From Prorocentrum cordatum (taxonomy: Eukaryota): a stretch of 57,521 bases of DNA. The stretch lies in contig CAUYUJ010000019.1 of NCBI GenBank assembly GCA_963575745.1, positions 62,001 through 119,521 of the forward strand, written 5' to 3'. The position numbers were made by a program, and so were the translations under genes. The notes under the pieces are model-generated. The model worked only from the letters and a program-made list of their open reading frames with translations. It did not search any database and had not been told where the DNA came from. Below, one piece after another: positions 18,126-31,429 of the stretch (its first letter is position 1; each line of letters opens with the position of its first letter).

Positions 18126-21100
18126 CGCCAGTCTCGAGCATCTAGATGCCCGAACTCGGTCTGCTACCCGAGCTGGATCCGAACAACTATTCGCACTCTG
18201 TTAAGTCGTTCCTCTTTTCCCTCTCCACCCTTTCCCTTCCTGCTCGTCATCCACCTCTTCCTCCCCCCCGTCCTTCTCCTTTCCGTTTTCCTCCTCCTTC
18301 TCGTCCTGAGCCTCCTCCGTCTCCTTCTCCTCCTCGCTCGTTCTTCGCCTCCGCGTCCTCCTCCATGAAACCGCGCCCTCGCGCGCGCGGAATGCGAGAT
18401 TGCTGCGCCCGCGCTCCACGTGGAAGCTCTACGAGCTCCCGGCGGTGACCAAGGTTGACGGTCTACCGCCGGCTCCCAGTTCGATCCTAGAACCAGTATT
18501 TTTATTACGGGTAGTGGGTTCTGCCACGTTTGCCAGTGAAATTCGCAGGTCCGTAGCTGCTATTACTTCCAAAAGACGTGGAGGAACCGAGTGTATAAGC
18601 CCCCAAGAATGATGTTGCGAGTTTTTGCGCTGAGTTCGGAGGAATCGCCATTCTGACAATCTGAGCACTCATTCGCGTGAAAAGAGCTCTACGAGGGTCC
18701 CGGCGGTCATCTGGTTGACGGTTTACCGCCGGCTGCCAGTAATTCCGGCGCGCCGGCGGGCTAGATGACCAACAAAAATCTTGACGGAAGTTTTTTGATT
18801 TATTTAGATTGAATGTCTCGAAATCTGCACATTTGCTGGAGCTTTCGTTTTTTCCCCATCTTCGATTTTTTTCTGCTTGCCATCAAAATATCAGGTCGAT
18901 CGGGGACACATTACTGTCAAAAAGCACCTAGGCGGCTGTTTAGTGTGATCTTAACAGGTGCTCTCAGTTTTGTCCACTTCACTCGAGCTGCATATGAGCT
19001 ACAGAGCTGTTTGGCACAGCAACCGTAAGGGAATCATCATATTCGCTTCTCTTAAGTATCTTGATGGCCGAACTTGGTCTGCTGCCTGAGCTGGATTTGA
19101 AAAACTACTCGTACTCTGCTAAGTTTTCAAGAGATGAGGAGGACTTTCTCGAGATAACTCGAGCTGCAGATGATCTACAGAGCGTTTTGACAACAATCGG
19201 GAGGGAATCTAGACGCCCGAACTCAGTCTGCTACCAGAGCCAGAAAAAAAAACAACTATTCATATGCTGCTAATTCGGCAACAGAGGATGATCGTTTTCG
19301 TAAGATAACAAGAGCTGCACATGATGTAAAGAGCTGTTTGGCACCCACATGAGAAGAACATCTGAAGACGGGTAGTCTCGAGTATCCGTATACAATGAAC
19401 TCGGTCTGCTACCAGAGCTGGTTCCGAAAAACTTTTCGTACTCTGCTATGTTTAAGCAGATGATAGTGATCTTGAGATACTTCGAGCTGCAGATGAGCTA
19501 CAGAGCTGTTTGGCACAGCAGTCAACAGGATATCATCACACGCGCTAGTCAGAAGTATCTACATGCTTGAACTTGGTCTGCTTCCAGAGTTTGAACCAGA
19601 AACTATTTTCATTTTATTTCGTCTAGAGATCACGATGCTTTTCTTGATGTAGCTCGAGCTGCAGATGGGACGAGAGCTGTTCGAAACAGCAATGAGACGA
19701 ATCTCATCAGGAGCGCTAGTTGTCAGTCTACATGCTTGAAATCGGTCTGCTACCAGAGCTGGAACCAAAAAGCTATTCGTACTCCTGCTGCTTGTCCTCT
19801 TCCTTATTCTCTCTTTCTCTTCTTTCTCCTTCATCTGCTCCTTCTCCTCTCTTTTTGCACCTTCTTCCCTTTTGCTCATCTTCTTCATCTTCATCATCAT
19901 CTTCCTTCCTCTTCTGCCCCTTCCAGCTTTTTCCTCCTGCTCGTGATGCTCCTTTTCCCTCCTCCCCTCCTTCTCCTCCGCCTGCTCGTCCTTCTCGTTC
20001 TTCTCCTTCTCGTCCTTCTCCTTCTCGTCCTCCTCCCCTCCTCCTTCTCCTTTCTCGTCCTTCTCCTTCTCGTCCTCAACCTCCGACATCTCCTTCTCGT
20101 CCTCGCTGCTTCTTCTCCTGCGCGTCCTCCTCCATGAAACCGCGCCCTCACGCGCGCGGAATGCAGGACTGCCGCGCCCGCATTCCATTCATGTGTGTCG
20201 AGGAAGCTCTACGGGGTCCTGGCGGTAACGAAGGTTGACGGCTTACCGCCGGCTCCCAGTTCTGCATTTCTTTTCAGAGAGAATGTTGGTTTTCCTACTT
20301 ATATCTACCACTTGGCACGCTACGGGGCTGATCGGCGCACGAATCGACGGGAAATCAGAGGCTTCGCGCCTATGCAGACGCCTGGGGGTGAGCCTGTTAC
20401 CAGATGCGACCGCATGCATTGTTTGCGCTCTGCATCTTTTCGAGATATTATATGAGTATTGACTTCACCTGTAGGTCAGCTACGGTGCTCTGATTCACCC
20501 CTCGGAACATCAAATGATCAGGCGCGTGAGTCTACAGTATTGAGACGTTTTAGATCGGCCTGCCACGAGAGCTGCGAAACACCTCCTGTGTGTTCTATAT
20601 ATTCACTTCGCTAGGCAAACTACGGTTCTGAAAGGCACACCTATCCACAGGACGTGATTAGAAACGCTAGTTTGAAGGATCGAGCCGCTTTTGATCGGTC
20701 TGCTGCCAGAGCAGACCGGAAAATATTTGCACTCTTCAAATGTTTGAAAGACGATATTGGCTTTCTCTACCTTGCGCAGGCTGCGGGCAAGCTACGGACC
20801 TGGGAAGCGCACCGTTGAGACAGAAAAGGTTAGGAACGCTAGTCTGGAGCATCGAGACGCCTGAGACCGGCCTGCTACAGAGCTGTGATCGACAAATGAT
20901 CTGTACTCTGCAAACAGCTACTAAGCTGTCAAGCACATCGTTCGATATTAAATCATCATGCTCTACATGCGGTGGGAGCTTCTTAAGATCGACAGATAGT
21001 CTTCAAACATTGTTCAACTTGAGTCGTGTACTTTCTTGCGTGGGGTGGTTGTCTCAACGGAACTCGAGCTGTGGGCAAGCAAAGAAGCTGTCATGCCATT

Positions 21101-22800
21101 TCCATGAAATGGCGCATCCTCGCTCGTTCTGAATGCAAAATTGCCACGCTCGCATGCCATTCATGTATATGGCAAGCAGTGCGGGCGGGAGCCGTCTGGA
21201 GTAGCAGCTGGAAAATTCGAAGACTACATATTTTCAGTTTTAATCTGGGATCCGTTCGAGCAAGTGTTTTGATAGGGATACTTGTGCGACAGAGCTGAGA
21301 ATCTCACTGGCCAGCGCGGCGTAACCTATTACAGGTGCAAGGTCTCTCACAATGTTCGCCCATGCGACCCAAAGTTCCCATGTTGTCCGTCCTGGCCGGG
21401 TTCGTGAACTATTTCCACCCTGCGCCCGAATTTCTTTAGCTTATCGCACCGAAGAGCTGCGAGGTGCCGACCATTTGCCCCAAAGAACTGCAGAGTACAA
21501 ACCGTTGAACGAGTAGGGCTCTAACTCGAGTAGGTGGGCGATCTCAGGCGTTTCGATGCTTCAGACGGATGCTTGCGCTGCTAGGGCAGCTCCCGATGCA
21601 CCTGAGACATATGCAGCTGTTCCAAATCTCGAGATCGAGTTCGAACGTCTGCATACTTGCTCAATAAGTAGAAACGGTTGTTGGATGTCAAGCGGTAGGG
21701 CTCTTATATCTCAACCCGGAGAATTTACAGACTGGCGTAGCGTGATCAGATAGTTAGCAGCAGGATCTGGAATCGCAAACGAATGGTTTATCTTCACATT
21801 CGGAGTATCGACGGTCTTCAGGTAAACGAAGAGCTTCAGCAGCATCATAAGCTTATCTTTATCCCAATCATTGCTGCAGAGTTGCTCGAATCTCGCGTAC
21901 AGCTGCGCGTCAGCTAATATTTTACAGTCTGAAAAATTCATCGGGTAAGGATTGGATAGGCAACCAAGACTGGCGCTCCCAAGCTCTGGATGGGTGCTTA
22001 TCAATCGACCCCAGTTGCTGGGAGCTCTGGAGCTGCGCCCAATATTGCGTTCCAGTCGAAAAACAACACGTCCCACAAAGTTTTAGAGTCGGAATAGTTG
22101 TTCGGTCATAGCTCGAGTAGCAGACGAGTTTAGGCTTGTCGCTTCTGAACAAAGACTCCTGCCGATGCTCCTGCAGCGATTGCTGCGCGTCAACTCGCCA
22201 TGAATGCTCTGGATCGCGAGATCGAACCAAAAAGCGGATCATACATCTAAGAAGTTCCGCATGGCAAATCGTGTTTCGGACATAGAGGGCAGCAGACCGG
22301 TTTCAAGCTTCTCCTTCCTCTAGGCTGATGCGTTCGATGCCAGCTTTGATGCGCATGAACCCGCTGTAGCTGTTTGAAATTTAGAGATCTAGTCGAACAC
22401 TTAACATGCACGCCAAGCAGCTACAGCGTGCGAGTAGTTGTTTTGTGATAGCTCGAGTAGCCGACCGGTCTCAGCCTCCTTGAGTCTCCACACTTATGGT
22501 ATTGCTCTTGCAAGCGATCATGTTACATGTGACCTCTGTAGGTGCTCTCAATCTCGAGCTAAAGCAACCAGAAAATGCCGAGTGCGAATGTTTTTCGGTT
22601 GCAGCTCGGGTGGCAGACCTGTCTTAGGCGCCTCGATGCTTCAGACCGACCCTCCTAGTATTATTGAAGCTCTTGACGCACATCAAAGCAGTGTAGCTGC
22701 TCTAAGTCCGGAGATCCCGTCCATGAACCCAGCGCGTGCTTTATTTTGGTCTCAGGGCGAGAACGCGCCCAAGTAGATTTTGCCCTTCGAAATGTTCCGT
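18125..22800. repeat. Diverged relatives of the ~177-bp repeat, in both orientations, with CT-rich tracts and hairpin ends
   Basis: CTCGAGCTGCA(G/T)ATGAGCTACAGAGCTGTTTGGCAC-like cores at about 18982, 19158, 19311, 19482 and 19653. Blocks 18340-18480 and 20110-20260 are similar. Copies after 20470 are progressively more degenerate. Confidence 0.75.
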
Positions 22801-23294
22801 CCGACCTGCAAGAACAATATTGAAGCTGCCCAGGTAAAATTATGCCAAATTGATTTGTCAAGCCTCTTCCAAGTCGAGCTTTCTTGTAGTATCATGCCAC
22901 AATCGGTCACTTGGCTTCATCCTGCTGCCGAGTTCCTCTCCGCTGGCCGCAGAGCTCCACGATGTACTAGCTCTGTCACGTCGCCGAATTCCTCTAGCCA
23001 TGTCCGGGCGAAAAGCTCTACATATATCTCCAATCCTGTCGTCCTCCAAGGAGCTATCCAGCGACGGGGCGTGGGGGGGCCTGGCGAAGTATTCCGGACA
23101 TCCGAAGGACCTTCTAGTCAGCCAGACACGCGCATTGGAATTAGCTCGCACTTCGGCATCAGCTGCCAGGTCAACAACGCTCTTGGCAGAGGCTTGCCTG
23201 TGCACGTTCGAAAATCTGCCCGATCAGCAATTTTTTCAAAAGGAAGCTTTCAAGATCTTCTGGGGGGTCTATATTGCAACCCCCTCAATGTGGC

Positions 23295-25900
23295 TGATGC
23301 TCCGGCCGTGAACCAAAGTTACCACCGGGAAACACGTGGAGTTTCGGTCCGAAGAGACGCCTTTACAAAGGATTTAGTAATCGATGGCCAGATCTATTTT
23401 TCCGATTTCAACGCAAAGTCGGTTCCCCCAAATGTTTTGATTGTAAGACTGCAGCTACGGGCCTCCAAATTGCGCTGGCGAGCGTGGCATAATAACCTAC
23501 AGGTGCGAAATATTTAGATGTTTGAAACAATTTGAGAAACCGGCCCTACGTAACAACATGTTCCTTTCTTCGCCCGGGTCGCCCAACTGGGCGCCAGCGG
23601 TAAACCGTTCACCAGGTTGCCGCCGGGGGCCTCGTAGAGCTCCTTGCGCGCATAAGAGTGCTGTCAATGCCCTTTCTTGAGCCCAGCTGGACAATCCGAA
23701 CATTTTTTTGGGGCTTCATCGCAAAGTCAGTTCCGCCAAGTTTTCTCATTGTAGTGCAGCAGCTGCAGACTTTGAATTTTTACCAGCGAGCGCCGAATGA
23801 CCTACTATAGGTGCCCGCAATCTTCATTCTGTAAACGATCCAATGCTCAATATGCAAATCTTAGATTCTGAACTGACTTGTCAAATCTTTCAGACTGTTT
23901 GGCAAACCGAGCCCAGGTCACAACGCTGGAAGCCGGCGGTTAATCGTTGACGAGGTTACCGGCGGTGGGCTAGTCGAGCTCCTCGCACGCGTAAGAATAC
24001 AATGCGAAACAGGAATCTTCGAAAACCATCAGTTTATATTCTCGAAATATGTATTTTGTGTTTAGACATAAAGACGATTCCGCCAAGTGTTTTGATAGTA
24101 GTACTGCAGACACCGGCAAACGCGGCATAACCTACTCCAGGTGCGGAACAATTTGAAAACGAATTTTCGAATATCCGAGAATATCACAAAACAACTGACC
24201 CCAGGTCATCACATTGTCCTTTACCCGGGTTGGCCAGCTAGCTTCGCCCTGTTCCTGAGCTGGGCGCCGCGGTAAGCTGTCAACCAGGTTGCCGCGAGAT
24301 ATTTTGTAGAGATCCTTGCACGCATGAGAGTGCTCTCAATGCAGACAGAAAACTTTCTGGAGCACCAGCTGGGAAGCTTGCAAAATGTATTTTTTGGTTT
24401 CAACACGAAGCCAGTTCCGCTAAGTGTTTTCATCGAAGTAGAGCAGCTACAGGCTTAAGTTTTTTTACCAGCGAGCGCTCACTAAAGAGGCGAGTAATCT
24501 TCGTGCTGGGAACGAATCATCAAATGGCTCATAATTTCCAAGGAACCTGAACTTTCTCGAAGCAAGATTTTCTTGAGGTCGGTTCCTGAAGTGAACCGAC
24601 AGAGCTTTTGGGGATACATCCCTGTGACTTGTACCAGCAAGCGCAGCTTTATCCAATGCTCAATATAAGCATCTTGGGTTATTTATTGTCAAATTTCTCT
24701 CAATGTGAGAAAAACCCAGCCAGGCTTACCACAATCTGCTCTACGAGGTATTTCTCTAGCTTTTGAACCAAGAGCTCTACGACGTACTGGGAGCTTGCGG
24801 CAAACCGTCAACCTTGGTTACCGCCAGGAACTCGTAGGGCTTCCGTGCCATGTCTGTGAATAGCGTGCGAGCGCGGCAGTCTCGCATTCAGCGCGCGCAA
24901 GATCATGGACATGTGCTTCGCATCCCCTTTGCTTGCCCTCATCTCGAGTACACGACTCAAGTTCTTTATTGTTTCAAACAGATTTTCGGTCAATCTTAAT
25001 AATGAGAGCTCTCTCGCGCCATGTGTGGCCGCACGTGGTCGATTCCTATCGGAAGGAGTGCCTCCAAACGCCGTGGCGAGCCCGCAGCATGAGGTAAGAC
25101 CAGAAAACGACAGACGGAAAAAAATGCATGACTATAACAGAACAGTTTTGGCAGATTATCTTTCAATTTAGACTGGGCGCCGGTGGTCAGCCGTGAACCG
25201 GGCTACCGCCGGGGACCTTCTAGAGCTCCCTGCGCGCATGAGAATGCTCTGACTGCCAACAGAAAGCTTCCTGGAGCTTCAGCTTGAAACTCAAACAATG
25301 CATGTTCTTTCGTTCCAACATAAAGTTAGTTCCGCCAAGTGTGTTGATAGTAGTACAGTAGCTAGAGACCTGAAAATTGTACTGCGAGCGCGAAGTAGCT
25401 TATCAAACGTGCGAAGACTGTTCATTCTGACCACTATCTGTCGAATCTCTCATAACAGACAACCTGTACTTCCTCCGTCAATTGCCATTATTCAGGTTGG
25501 TTCCTGGAAGAGAATCGATGAAAGTATTGCAGATGCATCCCTCGGATTTTCACCAGCGAACGCAGCGTAATCGAATTGTCAACTCAAACATTCCTGGATT
25601 CTGCAATAAATAGTCAAACGTCTTACAGCTGGCAACTGGTGCCGGCGGTAAACCGTCAACCAAGTTACCGCAGGGGGCCTCGTGGAGCTCCTCGCACGCA
25701 AAAGAGTGCTCCGAATGCAGACCGAAAGCTTCCTGGAGCATCAGCTTGAAATCTAGTTTTTCTCTTGGTATGAGCACAAAGAGAGTTCCGTCAAGTTTTC
25801 CACAGAGATACAGCGGCTACAGACCTCAGAATTTCACCAGCGAGCAAGAACTAACCTACTGCAGTTGCGCGGAATCGGTACTCTGAAAACGAATTGTCAA
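23295..25900 (-). repeat. Tandem array of ~300-500-bp units, each bounded by the hairpin end motif
   Basis: Hairpins at about 23300, 23587, 23926, 24260, 24786, 25172 and 25636. Most units share internal blocks GTTCCGCCAAGTGTTTT and TAACCTAC..AGGTGCG. Confidence 0.8.
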
Positions 25901-26504
25901 ATCCTTCATTATCTGCAAGAAACTTGCATTTTTCAGTCATGTTTTTCTTGAGGTCGGCCCCCGGAAGTATATCGATAGAACATAGCAACTGCAGCCCTAA
26001 GCTTTCTACCGCAAAACTATTTGCACTCGCCAAATTATTGGGGTGCATATTCTGTCTGGCGGCTTTATCTGGAGATTCAGGCCAGCTTGATCCGATGTGA
26101 TTTGTAGCTTCAGCTGTTTCCATATCATCAGTGTAGAGAATGAGCACGGCTGAGATCAGTTGGCTATTCGAGCTACCATTAGAAACTATTTACACTCTGT
26201 AACCTTTTGGTGTGAATGTGGAGCTTTTCGATTACATCTCAGGATTTCGAGCGCGTTGAGGGATCTCAAGAGCCGCAACAACATCACGGGCGTCTACGCG
26301 TGGAGCGAGAGCTCTTTGGATCATACCTCGTAGAGCTCTTGGTTCGACCAGGGCTAGAGGAATTCCGCGGCAGGGTGGAGCTAGTCTGCCGATCGGGCCA
26401 GAATGCACAATGTGACGAATTGGGCTCGGTTTGTCCAACAGTGTGAGAGATTGGTCAAATCGTTTTGAATTCCAAGTTTTCTGCGGTGAGCATTGGATCG
26501 CGCT

Positions 26505-26588
26505 GTGTCTGTGTTTGTGTATGTCTGTGTGTGTGTGTGTGTGTCTGATTGACTTTGAGCGTGTTTGCATGTAGAAGTGTGTGCGTGT

Positions 26589-26623
<35 letters not shown>

Positions 26624-26949
26624 TGCGTGCGTGCGTGCGTGCGTGTGTGTGTGTGTGTGTGTGTGTGGTGCCGCCTGCGCCCCCCCCCCCGTTTTTCCTC
26701 TCTTTCCCCTGGCGCTCCGCGAGGGCGGAGTGGTTAAAGTGGAGAGAGGGCCGGTCCCAAAATGGGGCGATGCCTCCCCCCTCCGAAGCGCCAGCGGGAG
26801 GGGGGGGCCACGTGGGAGGCGGAGGTGGGCGGGGCCGCGGGAGGGGTGCGTTGGGGCTGCGGTGTGTGTGTGTGTGTGTAAGTGCTTGGTCGTCAGTGCG
26901 TGGGTGTTCGTGGCTGTGTGTGTGTGTGTGTGTCCGTGCGTATGTGCGC

Positions 26950-27034
<85 letters not shown>

Positions 27035-27101
27035 CGTGCGTGTTTGTAGGTGCGCGGCGCATGTGTGTGTGTGGTGTGGTGTGCGCGTGCGTCTCTGTGT
27101 A

Positions 27102-27151
<50 letters not shown>

Positions 27152-27301
27152 TGTGTGAGGATGTGCGTGTGGGTGTGGATGTCAGTGAGTGTTGGTGTAC
27201 CGGTCTGTCAGTCTCCTTGTTTCTTTGTCTGTCTGGCTGTCTGTCAGTCTGTCTGTGTGTCTGTCTGTCCATCTGTCTCCCCGTGAGCCTTCCTGCCCGG
27301 C

Positions 27302-27336
<35 letters not shown>

Positions 27337-27958
27337 GTGATCGACTGAGTGCGTGCGTCTTTGTTTGTGTGTGTGTGTGTGTGCGCGTGCGCGCGGGCGG
27401 TGCAGGTGCCGCCTGCGCGCTCCCTGCCCCCCCCTCCTCTTCCCCCGTCGCTTCGCGAAGGCGGAGTGGTTGTAGTGGAGGGAGGGCCCGCCCTAAAATG
27501 GGGCGGTGCCTCCCCCTTCTGGAGTGCCGGCGGGGCGGGTTTGGTGGCGCGCGGGGGTGGATGGCTGTGGGGGCGCGGGAGAGGGGTGCATGGCGGATGT
27601 TGGATGTTGGATGTGTGTGTGTGTGTGTGTGGGTCCGTGTGTGCTTGGTCGTCAGTGCGTGCCTGGCCGGTGCTGTGTGTGTGTGTTTGTGTGCTTGTAT
27701 GTGCGCGGGGAGCGTGTGTGTATTTGTGTTTGTGTTTCTGTGTGTATGTGTGAGAGTGTGTGTGTGTGTGCGTGTGTGTATGCACGGGTGTGTATGTATC
27801 TTTGTGCGCGTGCGTGTAAGCGTGTTTGTGCGTGTGTGTGTGTGTGCGTGTGTGTGCGTGTGTGTGTGCGCGTGATTGTGCGTGCGTGCGTGTGTTTTAT
27901 GCGTGTGAGCGTGCGAGTTGTGTGTCAGAGGGGGCGGTGATGCTTATGGCTTTGTAGT

Positions 27959-27990
<32 letters not shown>

Positions 27991-28034
27991 CTGTGCGTTT
28001 GTGGGCGTGCGGGTGCGTGCGCGCACGTGTCTGC

Positions 28035-28072
<38 letters not shown>

Positions 28073-28257
28073 TTCTGATGTGTGTGTGTCAGTGTGTGTA
28101 TGTGTGTTTGTGTTTGTGTTTGTGTGTGTGTGTGTGTTTGTGTGTGTGTTTGTGTGTGTGTGTGTCTGTCTGTCAGTCTGTCTGTGCGAGTGAGTGAGTG
28201 AGTGAGTGAGTGAGTGAGTGCGAGTGCGAGTGCGCGCGTGTGTGTGCGAGTGCGCGC

Positions 28258-28303
<46 letters not shown>

Positions 28304-28530
28304 GTCTGTGTGTGTGTGTGTGTGCGCGTGCGCGCGGGCGGTGCCGGTGCCGCCCGCGCGCCCCCTGCCCCTCCCTCCTCCCCTTCCCCCGTCGCTTCGC
28401 GAGGGCGGAGTGGTTGGAGAGGAGGGAGGGCCGGCCCCAGAGTGGGGCGGCGGCTCCCCCCTCCAGAGCGCCGGCGGGATGGGCTAGGGGGCGCGCGGGG
28501 GTGCGGATGGTGATGGGGGCGCGGGCTTGT
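26505..28530. repeat. Compound (GT)n/(GTCT)n/(GAGT)n microsatellite with three ~190-bp GC-rich units
   Basis: Direct reading. Unit GGTGCCGCC..CGCT(T/C)CGCGA(G/A)GGCGGAGTGGTT..TGGGGCG at about 26667, 27405 and 28346. Confidence 0.95.
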
Positions 28531-28839
28531 AAATTGGGAAAGCCTTGCGGCTGGTGTTAGCGACTGTGAAGGTGGACGACAACGGCGACGACGGCGGTGG
28601 CGGCGACGACGACGACGCTGACGCTCTGGAGCCCTTTTCGGGGCCCTTTTGGGAGCCTCTTGGGCTGTGCTTGGGGGCCTCTTGGGGGATTTTTGGGAAA
28701 GTCCCTGGTTACGTGGGGCCGCCTCGGACCTGATCCGAGGCCTCTTAGAGGCATGTGGGACGCCACACCCCGCAACAGCAGATGCGAGTGAAGAGGGTGC
28801 TTCCCAGGGGGGGGGGGTCCGAGAGGGGTGGTCGTGGTA

Positions 28840-29190
28840 GAGGTCCCTTTGTCCACAGGGGGGGGGGCGGGGGGAGGGGTCTTGAGTTTCCCCAGTCCAC
28901 AGGGGGACCACCCCCGTGTCCCGCTTGTCCACAGGCGGGACCGCGAGGGGGAACGGAGGGGTAGAGGGGGGCCTTAAGTTCTCCGTGTCCATGGGGGAAG
29001 CCCCTTCCCTGTCCCCCCCCCCGTCCACGCGGGGTACCGGGGGTGGGGTGGGGGGCCCATGGAGTTTCCCTTGTCCACGCGGGGGACCACCCCATGTCCC
29101 GTCCATGTCCTGAGGGGGGAACGGGGAGGGGATGAGGGCTGAAGTCCCCCTTGTCCACAGGGGGGACCACCCCCGGGGCCCGTACCGGCG
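28840..29190. repeat. Short imperfect repeats TGTCCAC(A/G)(G/C)GGGGGACCACCCC
   Basis: Copies near 28850, 28894, 28926, 29072 and 29152. Confidence 0.75.
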
Positions 29191-31429
29191 GGGAAGGGAT
29201 CAAAGAGAAGTGGCTTCCCTTTGATTCAATTGCAACGTTGTTCGATTGATGTCTGGCTGGATCGTTTGAGGAGGAACGTCCAGGGAGAAGGTGGGAACGG
29301 CGCCGTCGACGACTCAAACGGGAAAACGTGTCACACACGCCAACAGGGTCGGCGGATGTCACGAGGCGCAATATTCGTGCCGATGCGAACCGTGCATGGT
29401 GCAATCACTTTGGTGGATTCTGCGTGTTCCCCCGTCAGGCATCGCTTGTGTGGCATCGTCGCGAACACGACAAACAATTACAACACTCGATGGAACGCCA
29501 GGGCAAAAACGCGGAGATCGCCATCATCAGATGCATCTTGTAGCAACATCCACCCGTCAGCGCAAACGCTGTTTTGGGAAGAAGTATACGCCCCTTCCTG
29601 CAAGCGCTGTTTGAGAAAACAGGGCAACCATCAAGTAGAGCAGATAGTACCAGCTGTGCAGCACCATCAAAAGGGCACAAAGGCAAGAGCACGGACCTCG
29701 TAACCATCAATCATCCCGCGGCACGCCATGTCAAGAACGGGAAACTCGCAACTGAATGCAGCATGGGGCACCAGCCGAAGAGTGCCACTCCTGAACGCAA
29801 AATTTGCAGCTATCCCTTTGAGCGCTGCATGGGGTGAAAGTACCGCTAGGTTCCCACTGGATCGGTATTCGTCGATTTGCTGCCAGTGTTCAGTAAATCT
29901 GAGTTCGAGCTATTTGAATCATCGCAGACATTGTTCTCCTCCAGTATACTCTTTTAGACTCAAGCTTCCCGCCTGAACGTCGAAAACAAACTCGACATCC
30001 AATTTCTTTCCTTCGGTTTGACGATCGGGTTACTTCGGCCGGAACGCTGGCGGTCAATCGTGAACGTGATTACCGCTGGGAACCTCGCAGAGGTCTATTC
30101 GTAGTTTTTTCCAATCCAGAGTGTCGCCGAGTTTCGCGCTGAGGCCCCAACGTGAGCAACGTGGGCAATGAGCGTAACGTGCGCTTCACGTGCGTCAGTG
30201 CGAGGTCGGGCGGGCCATGTGTTTCGACTTTTCAAAGTGCAGGAGCGGCTAAAAAGGGCATGCGCAGAGAGCGAGCGAGCACGGGCTTGTCACACAGATG
30301 TTCGGATTTCGTGCCGTCTGGCATGCACCGACCGCAGGTCAGCGCACCTCCTGCTCTGGTCTGGTCGGCGAGTGTGCTGTGCTGGTTCCAGACCCTTGGG
30401 TGAGTACCAGGAGGGGTAATGGGAAGCCTCCCCGAAGGCAAACATTTTTTTCGGGGGGTGGGGGAGAGCTGATCTTCCCAAACAGCAACGCCTAGGTGGT
30501 ATGGTTTTTTGTTTCAACGTGATGGGTTTCCATCGCGTGCGATCTTACTGCAGCTTCTTCTTCCACATCCTTATTAGTTTCGTCTTCTTGGTAATGGTAG
30601 CGTTCAGTCAAATTCGGGGCAGAGAGTGAATACAGTCGGTTTCTTGTCTTGTTGTGGCCATCCCTGTCATGCGTGTTCCTCGTCGGGATGCAGTCCTTCA
30701 TGGGATAACTTGGAAGTTTAAGTGCAACGTGGCGCAGAGATTGGAGCCTGGGCTGCATGAGCATCTTGCGTCGACTAGCACAGTGACATTGGCGCAGCCC
30801 TGCATATTCATGATCGTCCGATGCATACTTTGCGGCTCAAGGGTCCGGGCTCGTGAAGTTTTTTCCTGGCCCCTGGCTCTTGCCTTCCCCTTGCTGGCAG
30901 CCCTTCGGCGTGCTGCGGCGCAACCGGCAAAGCCAGGCTCCGTCGTTTTGTGCAAGCTCTGGGGCCATGCTGGGAGCTGCTTGGTTTGTTTGTGACTTGC
31001 GAGTGCTGCGGCCTACGAGCAACACCGAACTGACGCGAATAACCGTCAGTAGCTCACGGCTTGTCAGGATCGACAGTCGGACAAGACAAATGATATCCTG
31101 CAGTCGATTGAAGCCGTTTGCATCTTCCATCCTGCCAGGCGCATGAGCGATTGCCTGGTCGGCTGTCGGACGGCCAGAGTCTTGCTCACGCGACTTCCTT
31201 TATGACACATTTTTCGCTGACGCGCCTCCTGTTCCTTCTGCTCAGTCTCACGAGGGGTGCTAGGAGGCTCGAGTCGAGGGGCTGGGGCGAGCCTTGAACT
31301 CTCGGCCGTGAGCTCTGGAGGGGTGCACTCTCTGGCTCGGAGCCCGACGCCCAGCATGGCCTGCGCTCGGGCCCCTCGGTTTTCTTTGCAGGGCAGGGAG
31401 GGAGCGGCCTGAGCAAACCAGACGTGCTC

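Noticed and set aside
23295..25900. CRISPR-like array of palindromic repeats
   Set aside because: Spacers are 250-450 bp, mutually homologous and irregular, the repeats are diverged, there are no cas genes and the context is eukaryotic. A tandem transposon array fits better.
29220..30040. Possible minus-strand LINE C-terminus (LCPFDG..LLDGCP knuckle-like)
   Set aside because: Too degenerate, with no RT motifs to support it.
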